This document shows positions 18,091-27,918 of a stretch of DNA of 64,000 nucleotides, piece after piece. Location: IMG/VR virus record IMGVR_UViG_3300012007_000011, positions 155 through 64,154 of that record; one strand, 5' to 3'. This stretch comes from a virus (lineage: Duplodnaviria > Heunggongvirae > Uroviricota > Caudoviricetes). The position numbers were made by a program, and so were the translations under genes. The notes beneath the pieces are model-generated. The model worked only from the letters and a program-made list of their open reading frames with translations, was not told where the DNA came from and ran no database searches. Numbering within the stretch: the stretch's first letter is position 1; each line of letters opens with the position of its first letter.

Positions 18091-18139
18091 TTATAACATT
18101 TATTTGAACTATATTTGCCATTGTAAAAAGAAAAATAGT

Positions 18140-18394
18140 ATGGATAAATTCTTAAACAATATTTTAATTGTTGTACCAGTGTGCATTGCTTTAGTGTTGT
18201 GGATAGCATTTTCATTTAAATGCTGTCTGATATTTTATGGACTATATTCATTGGGAATGTATCTTCATATAACAGTTACAACATTATCCAATGCATTTAT
18301 TGGTAGGGAAATAAATAGTAAGGGCGATTTATTTTGGAAAATAGTGTTTGTAATTTTAGCATCACTATGTCTAAGTGTTTCTTATTTTGTATAA
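18140..18394 (+). CDS. small membrane protein (2 predicted TM segments)
   Basis: TATATTTGCC promoter at ~18108; the first ATG after it is at 18140; hydrophobic segments. Confidence 0.4.
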   Translation: MDKFLNNILIVVPVCIALVLWIAFSFKCCLIFYGLYSLGMYLHITVTTLSNAFIGREINSKGDLFWKIVFVILASLCLSVSYFV

Positions 18395-18413
18395 CATTTT
18401 TTAACATAAAAAA

Positions 18414-18445
18414 TTTGGTGGTATAGAATTATTTATCTATCTTTG
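18414..18445 (+). promoter_or_regulatory. Bacteroidetes sigma-A type promoter (TTTG-N20-TATCTTTG)
   Basis: Motif and spacing match. Confidence 0.6.
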
Positions 18446-18474
18446 CACAAGTATTAAAAACAAAATTTTAAATT

Positions 18475-19497
18475 ATGGCTAATGAAATTTTAAACAACGC
18501 TAAAAATAGATTGCGTATTTTTGAAAACGCAATCGTGTATGATAAAGAACTTCCAAAATTTAAAACATTGGAAGAGTATAAAAGAGCGCATCGTAGCGAT
18601 GATAAAATGTCAATGAATACATTTGCGTTCCCAAATACAAATAATGAACCAATTGAAATAATGTCATATGAAAATTTGAAAAATTATTTCCTTTCAAAAA
18701 GTGAAATTAATATTAAAGATTTCAATATTGACATAACAGAAAAAATGCGTGATATTGCCAATAAAACAAAAGGCAATGCTCGTTTTACTGTTGAGGGTAG
18801 TTCAATGATGACTATTACAGATAATCGTAAGAAAAGTTTAGTTGATAATATCAAGGATTTCTTCAGCAAGAAAATACAACAAAATAAGGAAAAGAAAATT
18901 GCAAATAAATTTGATGTAGTAAAATTTTTCTCTGATGTAAAGTTATCTGCTGAAGATGAAGCAACCAAATACCGTGATAGGTTGGCAGAATATGTGAATT
19001 GTATTGGTATTGCCGAAAAGTCCGGACAAATTGCTTTAAAGGAGAAACTTTTCAATAATCTCGTTATTAACAAATATGAAACAATCCTTTTTTCAAAGGG
19101 TTTGGTAAAGGCTGTAACAGAAGAAACAATTGTCAAGTTGGCAAAAGATTCTCCAAAGGCTTTGGCACTTGATTATATTCAAAACTATATAAGGAATATA
19201 CCAATTAGTGTGATTAAAAAGAAGTTTGAAATTGACCAATTGGAAATTTTTGATAATTATGTAATTCTTCATTACGACCCAAATGGTGTTTCTTATGCTC
19301 AAACAAATAAAGAGAAAGAGGAAGAGGAAAAAAAGAAACGTGACCCTATTATGTTTGGCGTAATAGAAGGCAGCACCAAGTTATATTATATTGATTCTTG
19401 GGAAGACGAATATTGTGATTTGACTTGGGATAAAATGGTAGACATTATCGGTAAAAAAACTATTGAAAAAGATTTCATTTCAGAAACTATTAAATAA
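18475..19497 (+). CDS. hypothetical protein (340 aa)
   Basis: ORF after the promoter. Confidence 0.5.
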   Translation: MANEILNNAKNRLRIFENAIVYDKELPKFKTLEEYKRAHRSDDKMSMNTFAFPNTNNEPIEIMSYENLKNYFLSKSEINIKDFNIDITEKMRDIANKTKGNARFTVEGSSMMTITDNRKKSLVDNIKDFFSKKIQQNKEKKIANKFDVVKFFSDVKLSAEDEATKYRDRLAEYVNCIGIAEKSGQIALKEKLFNNLVINKYETILFSKGLVKAVTEETIVKLAKDSPKALALDYIQNYIRNIPISVIKKKFEIDQLEIFDNYVILHYDPNGVSYAQTNKEKEEEEKKKRDPIMFGVIEGSTKLYYIDSWEDEYCDLTWDKMVDIIGKKTIEKDFISETIK

Positions 19498-19499
19498 TA

Positions 19500-19718
19500 A
19501 TGTTAATTAAAAATACAAATACAAAAGACTGTTGGAGATATTCTTTGGTTGGGAATGGTGATTGTTGCTGTAATTGTAAGCATCGTTACACATTAACGAC
19601 TTGTGGAATACCAACAGGATTTGTATGTAAATTAGTATTTGAAAAGAATGATACAATAATTGTAAAATTACCAAATAACGGACATTCAATGTGTGAAATG
19701 CACGAAAGAAATTTTTAG
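19500..19718 (+). CDS. Cys-rich small protein (72 aa)
   Basis: ORF; CC.NC...C...C..H pattern. Confidence 0.35.
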   Translation: MLIKNTNTKDCWRYSLVGNGDCCCNCKHRYTLTTCGIPTGFVCKLVFEKNDTIIVKLPNNGHSMCEMHERNF

Positions 19719-19723
19719 AAAAT

Positions 19724-20179
19724 ATGGATAACAAACAGATAATTTATTTTTCGGAAACGCATCCCGGAATGACACTTAAAGAATTTGCCGACAGCCTTAA
19801 AGAAAAAGAAGAGGAATTAAAGAAAAAAGAAGAAATTCGAAGAGATAACGAAATAAAATGGTTTGACGATTTAATTGGTAAATACGTATCAATAAATCAC
19901 AACGGTGTTTCGTATACTGTTTTATATGTTGATAAAACTCCTGTATATGGCTTATGTACTAAATATGATGTCTTTAATGTTTACAGGTCAAAAAACAAAT
20001 TCTCTATTGAAAAAGAAGTTGGAAGAGAAATTAATAAATATTGGTTTAAATGCCCATATAGTGAAATTTCCTACGGTGGAGAACATAGCAGCATGAAGAT
20101 AATCACCAAGGAAGAATATCAAGAAATTGAAAAAACATTTAATGAATACAAAACAAAAGGTGAACTTTTAAATTTATAA
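19724..20179 (+). CDS. hypothetical protein (151 aa)
   Basis: ORF. Confidence 0.45.
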   Translation: MDNKQIIYFSETHPGMTLKEFADSLKEKEEELKKKEEIRRDNEIKWFDDLIGKYVSINHNGVSYTVLYVDKTPVYGLCTKYDVFNVYRSKNKFSIEKEVGREINKYWFKCPYSEISYGGEHSSMKIITKEEYQEIEKTFNEYKTKGELLNL

Positions 20180-20183
20180 ACAT

Positions 20184-20984
20184 ATGACAAAGATTCAATT
20201 TAGGAATGAAGATTGTTTTAAAACGATGGATTTATTCATTAGTAAAGGGAAAAAAGTTGATATTATATTGACTTCACCCCCTTATAATACGGCCAGAAAG
20301 GTTAAAACGCAAAAAGCGTTAGATACTCATAATAATCGTTATGATGAATATAATGACAATATGACTAATGAAGAGTATTGTAAATGGAGTGTTAACTTGT
20401 TCAATAAATTTGATGAGGTTCTTAACAAAAATGGTGTGATTCTTTATAATCTTTCATATGGTTCTGAAAATCCAGATGTAATGTGGCTTGCAATTTGCGA
20501 TATTCTTCGTAATACCAATTTTATGATTGCTGATACAATTATATGGAAGAAGAAATCCGCACTACCGAACAATGTAAGTCATAACAAGTTGACACGTATT
20601 ACTGAGTTTGTATTTGTTATTTGTCGAAAGGATGAATTTAAAACTTTCAATGCAAATAAAAAAGTAACAAAGGAAAGTGCAACTGGACAGAAATATTATG
20701 AAAATGTATACAACTTCATTGAAGCACCAAATAATGACGGTTCTTGCAGTATCAACAAAGCCACATATTCAAGTGAATTGTGTGAGAAACTATTAAATAT
20801 ATATGCAAAAACCAATTCTATTGTTTATGACCCATTTATGGGAACTGGCACAACGGCAATAGCTTGTCAGAAATTTAATAACATGAGTAATGATATGGTG
20901 TGCATTGGTAGTGAGATTTCTGAGAAACAAGTTGAGTATTCAAAAGAAAGATTAAATAAATTTTTAGAGGAAAATAAGTTATAG
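20184..20984 (+). CDS. DNA methyltransferase (beta-class, SPPY)
   Basis: ILTSPPYNTARK (motif IV) and VYDPFMGTGTTA (motif I). Confidence 0.7.
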   Translation: MTKIQFRNEDCFKTMDLFISKGKKVDIILTSPPYNTARKVKTQKALDTHNNRYDEYNDNMTNEEYCKWSVNLFNKFDEVLNKNGVILYNLSYGSENPDVMWLAICDILRNTNFMIADTIIWKKKSALPNNVSHNKLTRITEFVFVICRKDEFKTFNANKKVTKESATGQKYYENVYNFIEAPNNDGSCSINKATYSSELCEKLLNIYAKTNSIVYDPFMGTGTTAIACQKFNNMSNDMVCIGSEISEKQVEYSKERLNKFLEENKL

Positions 20985-20985
20985 T

Positions 20986-21450
20986 ATGGAAGAAATTGTA
21001 TATTTTGAAATTAACAATTGGTTTGCAGGCAGAGACTATCCAAATGATGAGATTTTCTACAAATGGATTAAGGATTGTCAGTTTAGGGATGATGAATGGT
21101 GCAAGCAAAATAAACTTTGCGTAATGTGTGGTGCAATTGATATGTCCATGAACTATTGTGTGGCAGCACCAAAATCATGGGTGGAAAAGAATTGTCCTAA
21201 ACTACTTACAGATGAAGAATATGAATATAAGATTATTACAAGTGGTTGGGATAAGGAAACAAATGACGTAAAAGAAACTATAACCACCTACACAAAGAAG
21301 TATTCAGATTTTCTATGTCAGCCAGACGAAGATGGATATGCGTATGGTCATATTAGCGGATGGGAGTTTCCAGAATATTGTGAAGAAAATTTTGGTGTAA
21401 CATGGAACAATAGTTGGTGGGGAGATGAAGACGAAGATGATGAAGATTAA
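20986..21450 (+). CDS. hypothetical protein with an acidic C-terminal tail
   Basis: ORF; ends DEDEDDED. Confidence 0.45.
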   Translation: MEEIVYFEINNWFAGRDYPNDEIFYKWIKDCQFRDDEWCKQNKLCVMCGAIDMSMNYCVAAPKSWVEKNCPKLLTDEEYEYKIITSGWDKETNDVKETITTYTKKYSDFLCQPDEDGYAYGHISGWEFPEYCEENFGVTWNNSWWGDEDEDDED

Positions 21451-21483
21451 AACATAATAAACATTTAAAATTTATAAAGACAT

Positions 21484-22608
21484 ATGTTAATAAAGGAAAT
21501 GAAATATTCTTACAATGATATTGGCATTGTACCCGCTATCAAGAGTAATATTGAACATCGTTCAGAATGTAATCCGTTTACAGGACAATTCAACAATAGT
21601 GACTTACCAATATTCACTGCGCCAATGAGCACTGTTGTTAACGAGCAAAATTTTAACTTATTTGAAAAAAACCATATTATACCAATTCTTCCAAGAAACT
21701 TTGACCTTGAAACACGTATTGACTACCTCAGACGTGGAAAATGGGCTGCTGTTGGACTTCAAGAATTTGAAACCTTGTTTATAAACAATGATTGGGATAT
21801 GGAAATATATCCTGATGTTAATGTCCTTATTGATATTGCAAACGGTCATATGTCTAAGTTGCATTGTCTGATACATGATGCAAAAGTTAAGTATAAATGG
21901 TCACTCAGATTCAAGATTATGGCAGGTAATATCGCCAATCCAATGACATATTATGAACTTGCAAAGGCTGGATGTGATTACGTAAGGTTATCAGTTGGTT
22001 CGGGAAGTGGTTGCATAACAAGCACACTCACAGGTATCCATTATCCAATTGTTTCATTAATTGACGAAACATACAAGATTAAAAAGAAATTAGAACAGAT
22101 AGGTGAATGGCCACCGATGATTATTGCCGATGGTGGTATCAGGGATTATGATGATGTAAATAAAGCATTGGTTTCAGGTGCCGATTATGTTATGATTGGC
22201 GGTCTTTTCTCAAAACTTGTTGAAAGTGCTGCACCGACATTTTATTATGATAAAGACGGTGTTTCAATACATGAAATCAACCCGTTTGAACACAAGATTG
22301 ACGCATATTCTGATGGAACATTTGATATTGATGAGGAATATATAGTTGATAATCTTCATAAAGTATTCTATGGTATGGCTTCACGTAGAGGACAAGAGGA
22401 TATTAATGGGGAGAAAACGAAAACAAGCGAAGGGGTTGAAAAAATGTTTGATTGTACAACCAATCTGAGAAAATGGAGTGAAAACATGGTTACTTTTATG
22501 CAGTCAGCAATGAGTTACACAAATTGTATGTATCTTGGTGATTTCAATCCTGAAAATGTTGATTGCTGCATTATTTCCAATCAGACACAAGAATCAATTA
22601 ATAAATGA
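21484..22608 (+). CDS. guaC: GMP reductase-like IMPDH/GMPR-family oxidoreductase (no CBS insert)
   Basis: Collinear with GuaC throughout. PMSTVV matches ANMDTV; LIDIANGH matches CIDVANGY. The catalytic-Cys loop LSVGSGSGCITS matches VGIGPGSVCTT. IIADGGIRDYDDVNKALVSGADYVMIGG matches IVSDGGC..GDVAKAFGGGADFVMLGG. Confidence 0.65.
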   Translation: MLIKEMKYSYNDIGIVPAIKSNIEHRSECNPFTGQFNNSDLPIFTAPMSTVVNEQNFNLFEKNHIIPILPRNFDLETRIDYLRRGKWAAVGLQEFETLFINNDWDMEIYPDVNVLIDIANGHMSKLHCLIHDAKVKYKWSLRFKIMAGNIANPMTYYELAKAGCDYVRLSVGSGSGCITSTLTGIHYPIVSLIDETYKIKKKLEQIGEWPPMIIADGGIRDYDDVNKALVSGADYVMIGGLFSKLVESAAPTFYYDKDGVSIHEINPFEHKIDAYSDGTFDIDEEYIVDNLHKVFYGMASRRGQEDINGEKTKTSEGVEKMFDCTTNLRKWSENMVTFMQSAMSYTNCMYLGDFNPENVDCCIISNQTQESINK

Positions 22609-22620
22609 TAAAACCAATTT

Positions 22621-23577
22621 ATGTTTAATAGTACTTTTAATAAGTTATTGACTGAAGAAATGGGGATTATCCGCAATGTCCAAACAGATACAACGGTTAT
22701 TGCGGATAAGATAAAACATTTAATAAAAAACACGGCTAGTAGTCCAACAAGTTTTGATATGACTACGTATAAAAATGGTATCTTTCAAATTGATGTGACA
22801 ACTTCTGTTGATGGTAATGTTTCTCAGTCAAAGAAAACAATAAATGTGAAATGGTATTATTTCAGTTTTTCTGATGAACAGACAAAAGAAGATGCTATAA
22901 CGAAAATCCCAATGAGGACAAGTTACAATAAAAGTATAAATACACTTTCCATTGTTGTTTTGGCAATAAGAGGGGTAATTGACAGTAATACGTTGGAAGA
23001 TTCTATCGCACATGAATTGACTCATAATTTCCAAACGCATTTAAAAGGTGACGAACTTTTAAGTAATGATAATATAAAGGCAAAGTATCAAGCAGCAAAC
23101 AGAAATTTTGTAAGTAGTAGTGAAAGTGTCAGAGTAATTGCATCGGTATTGTACCTTACATATAAATTTGAGCAAGATGCTTTTTTGAATGGTGCATATG
23201 CTTATATAATATCCGAGCATGAAAAAGGTAATGACATTACTGGGGCATACGAGAAAACCGATGCATATAAGTCATTACACTCATTGAGGTATTATCTTAA
23301 CATTATGCAGAATGCAATGGCAAACAACCGTATTGGCGAAACAACAAAACAACATTGCAAATCAGAATACAATCTCTCTTTTGAGAAAATTATTACTATT
23401 GGAGAGAAAGCATATTCAAGATACTCAAGGAAATTGGCAAGAATGTATGCACAAGCATTAGCAGATATACGTAATAAAAATATAATGGAAAGCAAAACAT
23501 ATCATACAATGAGTTTCTATATGCAACCACCATTGGAAGAGTTAAAGAAAACAATAAATGAAATAATTTTTAAGTAA
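22621..23577 (+). CDS. HExxH-motif protein (possible zinc metallopeptidase)
   Basis: IAHELTHNF is the only motif found. Confidence 0.3.
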   Translation: MFNSTFNKLLTEEMGIIRNVQTDTTVIADKIKHLIKNTASSPTSFDMTTYKNGIFQIDVTTSVDGNVSQSKKTINVKWYYFSFSDEQTKEDAITKIPMRTSYNKSINTLSIVVLAIRGVIDSNTLEDSIAHELTHNFQTHLKGDELLSNDNIKAKYQAANRNFVSSSESVRVIASVLYLTYKFEQDAFLNGAYAYIISEHEKGNDITGAYEKTDAYKSLHSLRYYLNIMQNAMANNRIGETTKQHCKSEYNLSFEKIITIGEKAYSRYSRKLARMYAQALADIRNKNIMESKTYHTMSFYMQPPLEELKKTINEIIFK

Positions 23578-23581
23578 TATT

Positions 23582-23977
23582 ATGAAGAAGAATAATTTTG
23601 AAGAGGTAAGGGATACGTTCAAAAAGTATGTTGTCAATTCTAACAACATGGACGTTATTGAGGACATTCTTGCAAAGGAATGCAGTGATGAAATGGTCAA
23701 TACATTTGTGTCAGAAAGTGGTAAATTCTTAACTGATAGTTTTACGTTCTTGAAAGAAATGGAAAATGTGCCACAAATGTATCGTGAAAGATTGTTTAAT
23801 AGTTTCTATGGTTCAAAGAAAACTGATTTGACAAAAAAGTGGTTTAAGACATTATTCAAGAATGATAATACTTTTGATAAGCATCTTTCAAGTCATGTTC
23901 TGTGTATTATGAGAGGCTTTATTAATGAACAGAAACGTAAATATCATATTGAAAATGTAAAAAGTATGCGCATTTAA
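23582..23977 (+). CDS. hypothetical protein (131 aa)
   Basis: ORF. Confidence 0.45.
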   Translation: MKKNNFEEVRDTFKKYVVNSNNMDVIEDILAKECSDEMVNTFVSESGKFLTDSFTFLKEMENVPQMYRERLFNSFYGSKKTDLTKKWFKTLFKNDNTFDKHLSSHVLCIMRGFINEQKRKYHIENVKSMRI

Positions 23978-23996
23978 TATTTTTTAACTAAAAATA

Positions 23997-24028
23997 TTTG
24001 GCTTATTCAATTTTAATGTGTATCTTTG
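23997..24028 (+). promoter_or_regulatory. Bacteroidetes sigma-A type promoter (TTTG-N20-TATCTTTG)
   Basis: Motif match; followed by an A10 tract (24035..24044) in the leader. Confidence 0.6.
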
Positions 24029-24049
24029 CAACGTAAAAAAAAAAGATTT

Positions 24050-24361
24050 ATGATGAAAGAAAAACAGATTTCAGAATCAATACTTAAACTTAAGTTATTA
24101 AAAGAAAGGTTTAATGAGAGACAACGTATTCAAGAAAAAAGTAGAAATGATTTAAAAAGGTATGAAAATCTTGATAAACAATATCCAGAACATAAATATG
24201 TAGAAAATTATATAAGATACCTTGAACAAATTGTTTTTGAAAATAAGGTACTTCTTAATGCTTTGCAAAAACAGTGCCTTGATATTAAGAAAAAAATCAA
24301 AAAATTGAATAAGGAACAAAATATTAGAAACAATAAAAAGTTAGAAAAACATGACAAATAA
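24050..24361 (+). CDS. coiled-coil small protein (~103 aa)
   Basis: First ATG downstream of the promoter; the ORF-track start at 24026 is a TTG inside the -7 box. Confidence 0.45.
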   Translation: MMKEKQISESILKLKLLKERFNERQRIQEKSRNDLKRYENLDKQYPEHKYVENYIRYLEQIVFENKVLLNALQKQCLDIKKKIKKLNKEQNIRNNKKLEKHDK

Positions 24362-26126
24362 CATTTTTACAAAGAGTGATTCGTTCAAGAGTGAGTACTG
24401 TTGCAGTATCATCCGTGTGGGTGAAGTAAAACCAATTGAGGGTAAGGACAAAATTGGCTACACTCTTGTCAATGGTGAGACAATTGTGGTACGTAAAGAC
24501 CAAATTAAAGAAGGTGATGTTTTGCTTTATGCAAGCAATGAAACACAACTTGACAAGGATTTCCTTGGAGCAAACAATCTTTTTGAAAGTTCTTCATACC
24601 AACTTAATAGTAATGCAAATGAGATTGAACCTTATATTTTAAAGAATAAGGAACTTAAGGCAGAAGCAGAAAATCTTGAAAAGGTAATAAAGAAACTTTT
24701 TGTTTGTTCTAAGTTCTTGATTGGCTATGATAGTGCTGTTATTGCAGCAGGAGACAATGAGGAAGAGAAGAGTGAGTTGGAAACTCGTCTTAATAATTCA
24801 CGCAAGACAATAAGTAAGTATATAGGTGGTAGTTTTAATGAGGATAGCACACTAATAGACTATGTGACAACAGCACAGAAATATTGTGCTGAGAAGAAAA
24901 CACAACTTGATATTATTAAAAAAGAAATTGATGAAACCACTGCTTATATTCGTGGACATGTAGGATTTTTTAATAAGACTGGACGTGTCCGCTCAATTCG
25001 TCTTGGTGGTGTACAATCAATGGGTTATCTTTTCACTCTTGATGAACTTGCAAAGTATAATCCCAATGTCAAAAATATTTCTCTTAACCAATATGTTGGG
25101 GAGGATTTTGATACAATTGAAGACAAACTGTTTATCAAGGCATATGTTCCCTTTGTGCCTGAACGCAGACAAGTCTCAAAGGTGGAAAAGAGAAATAAGA
25201 AAATTGAACAGTTTGACCGTATGGTGAAAGGTGAGTTTTCTTTCCATTATGATACTGCACCACTTCCAAAGTGTATCGGAAGACTAAAGCCAAGTGATGT
25301 CGTAACAATAACAAGCAAGTTACATGGAACTTCAATTTGTATTGGTAAACTCCACGTTAAGACACCAATTAAACTTCCATTCTATAAGTGGATTTGGAAT
25401 AAGTTTGTTGACTTGACAGGACTTTTCAAGGCACATCGTATTACCGATTATGTTATTGATTACGGTAATGTCACTGCTTCACGTACAGTAATCAAAAACC
25501 AATATATCAATGAAAATGTCTCTGACGGATACTATGGTGTTGATGTATGGTCTGAGTATGGTAATCTCATTTATCCTTTCCTTTCTGAAGGAATGATTAT
25601 CTATGGTGAAATCATTGGTTATCTCACTGATAGTGATAAGATGATTCAGAAGAATTATGACTATGGCTGTAATAAGGGTAAAAACAAACTCATGATATAT
25701 CGTATCACTACAAATAATGAAGATGGAACGAAGCATGAGTGGAATGTAACAGAAGTTAAGGAATGGACTGAGAAACTTGTCAAAGACCATCCAGAAATTG
25801 CTGATAGAATCCATGTTATTGACTTGTTGTATCATGGCACACTTGCAGACCTTTATCCAAATATTTCTTATATGGACCATTGGCATGAAAATGTCCTTGA
25901 GGCATTGAGAAATGAAAAGGAACGTTTCAATATGGAGAAAAATGACCCAATCTGTAAGAATAAAGTTCCATTTGAGGGGGTCGTTCTAAGAATTGATAAT
26001 GATGAGTTTGCAGAAGCATTCAAACTTAAATGTGCAAAATTCCTTTCTAAAGAAAGAGAGGAAATTGACAAGGGAGAAGTTGATATGGAAATGCTTGATA
26101 ACTACGGAAATAATGAGGGAGTATAA
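24351..26126 (+). CDS. ATP-dependent RNA ligase (Rnl2-type nucleotidyltransferase) with an N-terminal tRNA-binding OB (Myf/Trbp111-like) domain
   Basis: N-terminal IIRVGEVKPIEGKDKIGYTLVNGETIVV matches the tRNA-binding-domain consensus (vG.v....HP.ADKL.v..vd.G....iv). Ligase motifs: I SKLHGTS (KxHGxN), III YGEIIG, IV FEGVVLR, V KLKCAKF. Confidence 0.6.
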   Translation: MTNNIFTKSDSFKSEYCCSIIRVGEVKPIEGKDKIGYTLVNGETIVVRKDQIKEGDVLLYASNETQLDKDFLGANNLFESSSYQLNSNANEIEPYILKNKELKAEAENLEKVIKKLFVCSKFLIGYDSAVIAAGDNEEEKSELETRLNNSRKTISKYIGGSFNEDSTLIDYVTTAQKYCAEKKTQLDIIKKEIDETTAYIRGHVGFFNKTGRVRSIRLGGVQSMGYLFTLDELAKYNPNVKNISLNQYVGEDFDTIEDKLFIKAYVPFVPERRQVSKVEKRNKKIEQFDRMVKGEFSFHYDTAPLPKCIGRLKPSDVVTITSKLHGTSICIGKLHVKTPIKLPFYKWIWNKFVDLTGLFKAHRITDYVIDYGNVTASRTVIKNQYINENVSDGYYGVDVWSEYGNLIYPFLSEGMIIYGEIIGYLTDSDKMIQKNYDYGCNKGKNKLMIYRITTNNEDGTKHEWNVTEVKEWTEKLVKDHPEIADRIHVIDLLYHGTLADLYPNISYMDHWHENVLEALRNEKERFNMEKNDPICKNKVPFEGVVLRIDNDEFAEAFKLKCAKFLSKEREEIDKGEVDMEMLDNYGNNEGV

Positions 26127-26221
26127 AAATCCCTCATTTTTTTTTGTATATTTATACATTTTTTATACATTAAACACTATTTATTTGTATAAAAACTAAT
26201 CAATAATTTAGAATTATTCTT

Positions 26222-26329
26222 ATGAAGAAACTTTGGAAAAAATTAGATTGGAAACTACAGTATTTACTGATTGGTTGTGGCATTCTCGCAATAATTTGTG
26301 GTTTTGGATGGCTTAGTACCTTAACATAA
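26222..26329 (+). CDS. small hydrophobic peptide (35 aa)
   Basis: Short ORF MKKLWKKLDWKLQYLLIGCGILAIICGFGWLSTLT immediately upstream of a strong terminator. Confidence 0.25.
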   Translation: MKKLWKKLDWKLQYLLIGCGILAIICGFGWLSTLT

Positions 26330-26340
26330 ATTATCTTAAC

Positions 26341-26371
26341 ATGGAAGCATAGGAATGCTTCCATTTTTTTG
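26341..26371 (+). terminator. rho-independent terminator
   Basis: ATGGAAGCAT-agg-AATGCTTCCAT perfect hairpin followed by T7. Confidence 0.8.
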
Positions 26372-26469
26372 TTGTTTTAAGAAAATTTAACATAGAATAT
26401 TTTGTTATATTATTTTTTTATATTATTTTTGCAACTGTAAATGAGAATGGTTCAAAAATAAACTTTAAT

Positions 26470-26964
26470 ATGGAAAAAGATTTGACAATAGTTTCTTCTA
26501 AAACCGCAAAAGAATTAAAAGACTTCGGTTTTGATATTATTTGTCCTAACTGTTATGGTGTGGCTGTAATGCATAATGGTGAATATCTTGGGTGTGATGA
26601 AGAATATGAACTTCGTGCCGAAGGACGTGGTGATGAAATCGAATACATCGACTACGGAATGCTATATAATATGTGGTTTAAGAATAATGATAAAGAAGAC
26701 CACGATGTATGTGCGGCACCAGATATTGAAATTGTAAGGAAATGGTTTAGAGATAAATATAGTATTCATATTACCGCAATGCCATATATAACTGTTGAAG
26801 GATGTTTTTGGCTATCTGAAGTTTACACTTATAATGATGTAATGTATAATAAATTGCCACTGACAACAATGGTATGTGAGACATATGAAGAAGCCATTGA
26901 AAAAGGTATTAATAAAACAGTAAATTATCTTAAAGAGAAAGAAAAAGAAGATGAAACATTATGA
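26470..26964 (+). CDS. hypothetical protein (164 aa)
   Basis: ORF after a TTTTGCAACTG promoter at ~26435. Confidence 0.45.
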   Translation: MEKDLTIVSSKTAKELKDFGFDIICPNCYGVAVMHNGEYLGCDEEYELRAEGRGDEIEYIDYGMLYNMWFKNNDKEDHDVCAAPDIEIVRKWFRDKYSIHITAMPYITVEGCFWLSEVYTYNDVMYNKLPLTTMVCETYEEAIEKGINKTVNYLKEKEKEDETL

Positions 26965-27631
26965 TTCAATACCACGCATTCAAGATGATGGAACACTTCT
27001 TGGTTGTGATATTTGGGCATTTAACAAACTTGACGGACAAAATTTTTGTGTTAACTATTCTCCAAAAACAAAGGAGTTTAAAAATTTTGGCAGCAGAACT
27101 GTAATGGTTGATGAGACTTCTGACCAATTTGGTGATACGGTTCGTTATTTTAAAACAAGTAATATTCCAGATACACTTAAAGAAATCATTAAACAAAATA
27201 GTGGTAAAGGAAAAATTTTCAAGGGGATAGATGAAATAACTTTTTATTTTGAGTGGTATGGAGAACATTCCTTTGCAGGTAGGCATGACGAAAATGATAC
27301 GATGCATCTTGCGTTGATTGATGTCTTTTTGAAAAAGAAAGGTTATATTGAACCAAAGGATTTTTATGAAATTTTCGGTCAGAATGACAATATAGAAACA
27401 CCAGACTTGATTTATCATGGAAAATTAACAAAGGAGTTTATCAATGATATTTGGAACAACGAGGTAGGAAATGAAAACGCCCAATATCCAAGTGTGAAAG
27501 AAGGTGTTGTTTGCCGTAATAGCCATTTGTTAAAGGGACAGAGAATGCCAAAGGTCAAATTTAAGACAAAATGGTGGATTGACAAACTCCATTCAATGTA
27601 TAGCGAGGAAGAATGTAAAAAATTAGAATAA
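26951..27631 (+). CDS. minimal ATP-dependent ligase (nucleotidyltransferase domain only, 226 aa)
   Basis: Motifs I NKLDGQN (KxDGxN), III EWYGEH, IV KEGVVCRN, V KVKFKTK. Confidence 0.55.
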   Translation: MKHYDSIPRIQDDGTLLGCDIWAFNKLDGQNFCVNYSPKTKEFKNFGSRTVMVDETSDQFGDTVRYFKTSNIPDTLKEIIKQNSGKGKIFKGIDEITFYFEWYGEHSFAGRHDENDTMHLALIDVFLKKKGYIEPKDFYEIFGQNDNIETPDLIYHGKLTKEFINDIWNNEVGNENAQYPSVKEGVVCRNSHLLKGQRMPKVKFKTKWWIDKLHSMYSEEECKKLE

Positions 27632-27633
27632 AA

Positions 27634-27840
27634 ATGAGAAAAGTTACATTATTAAAACTTAATAACTGTATTAACACAGAAAATAACATAATTGCAGCCG
27701 AAAATGTTGTGTCAATTCTCCCGGTTATTGACAAAGAAGGAAAAGAGGGATTATTCGTTACATTTTATGATGAAGAGTTCTGTATAAACCGTACTTGGTA
27801 TTGTACAGATATTGAATTTGACACAAAAGAAGTTGATTAA
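27634..27840 (+). CDS. hypothetical protein (68 aa)
   Basis: ORF coupled to the ligase gene. Confidence 0.35.
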   Translation: MRKVTLLKLNNCINTENNIIAAENVVSILPVIDKEGKEGLFVTFYDEEFCINRTWYCTDIEFDTKEVD

Positions 27841-27918
27841 CACTTTTTAATATAAAAATTTTGTATTATTCAGTTTTTATTTGTATATTTGCACTGTCAA
27901 ACTGAAAATTTAAAATTT

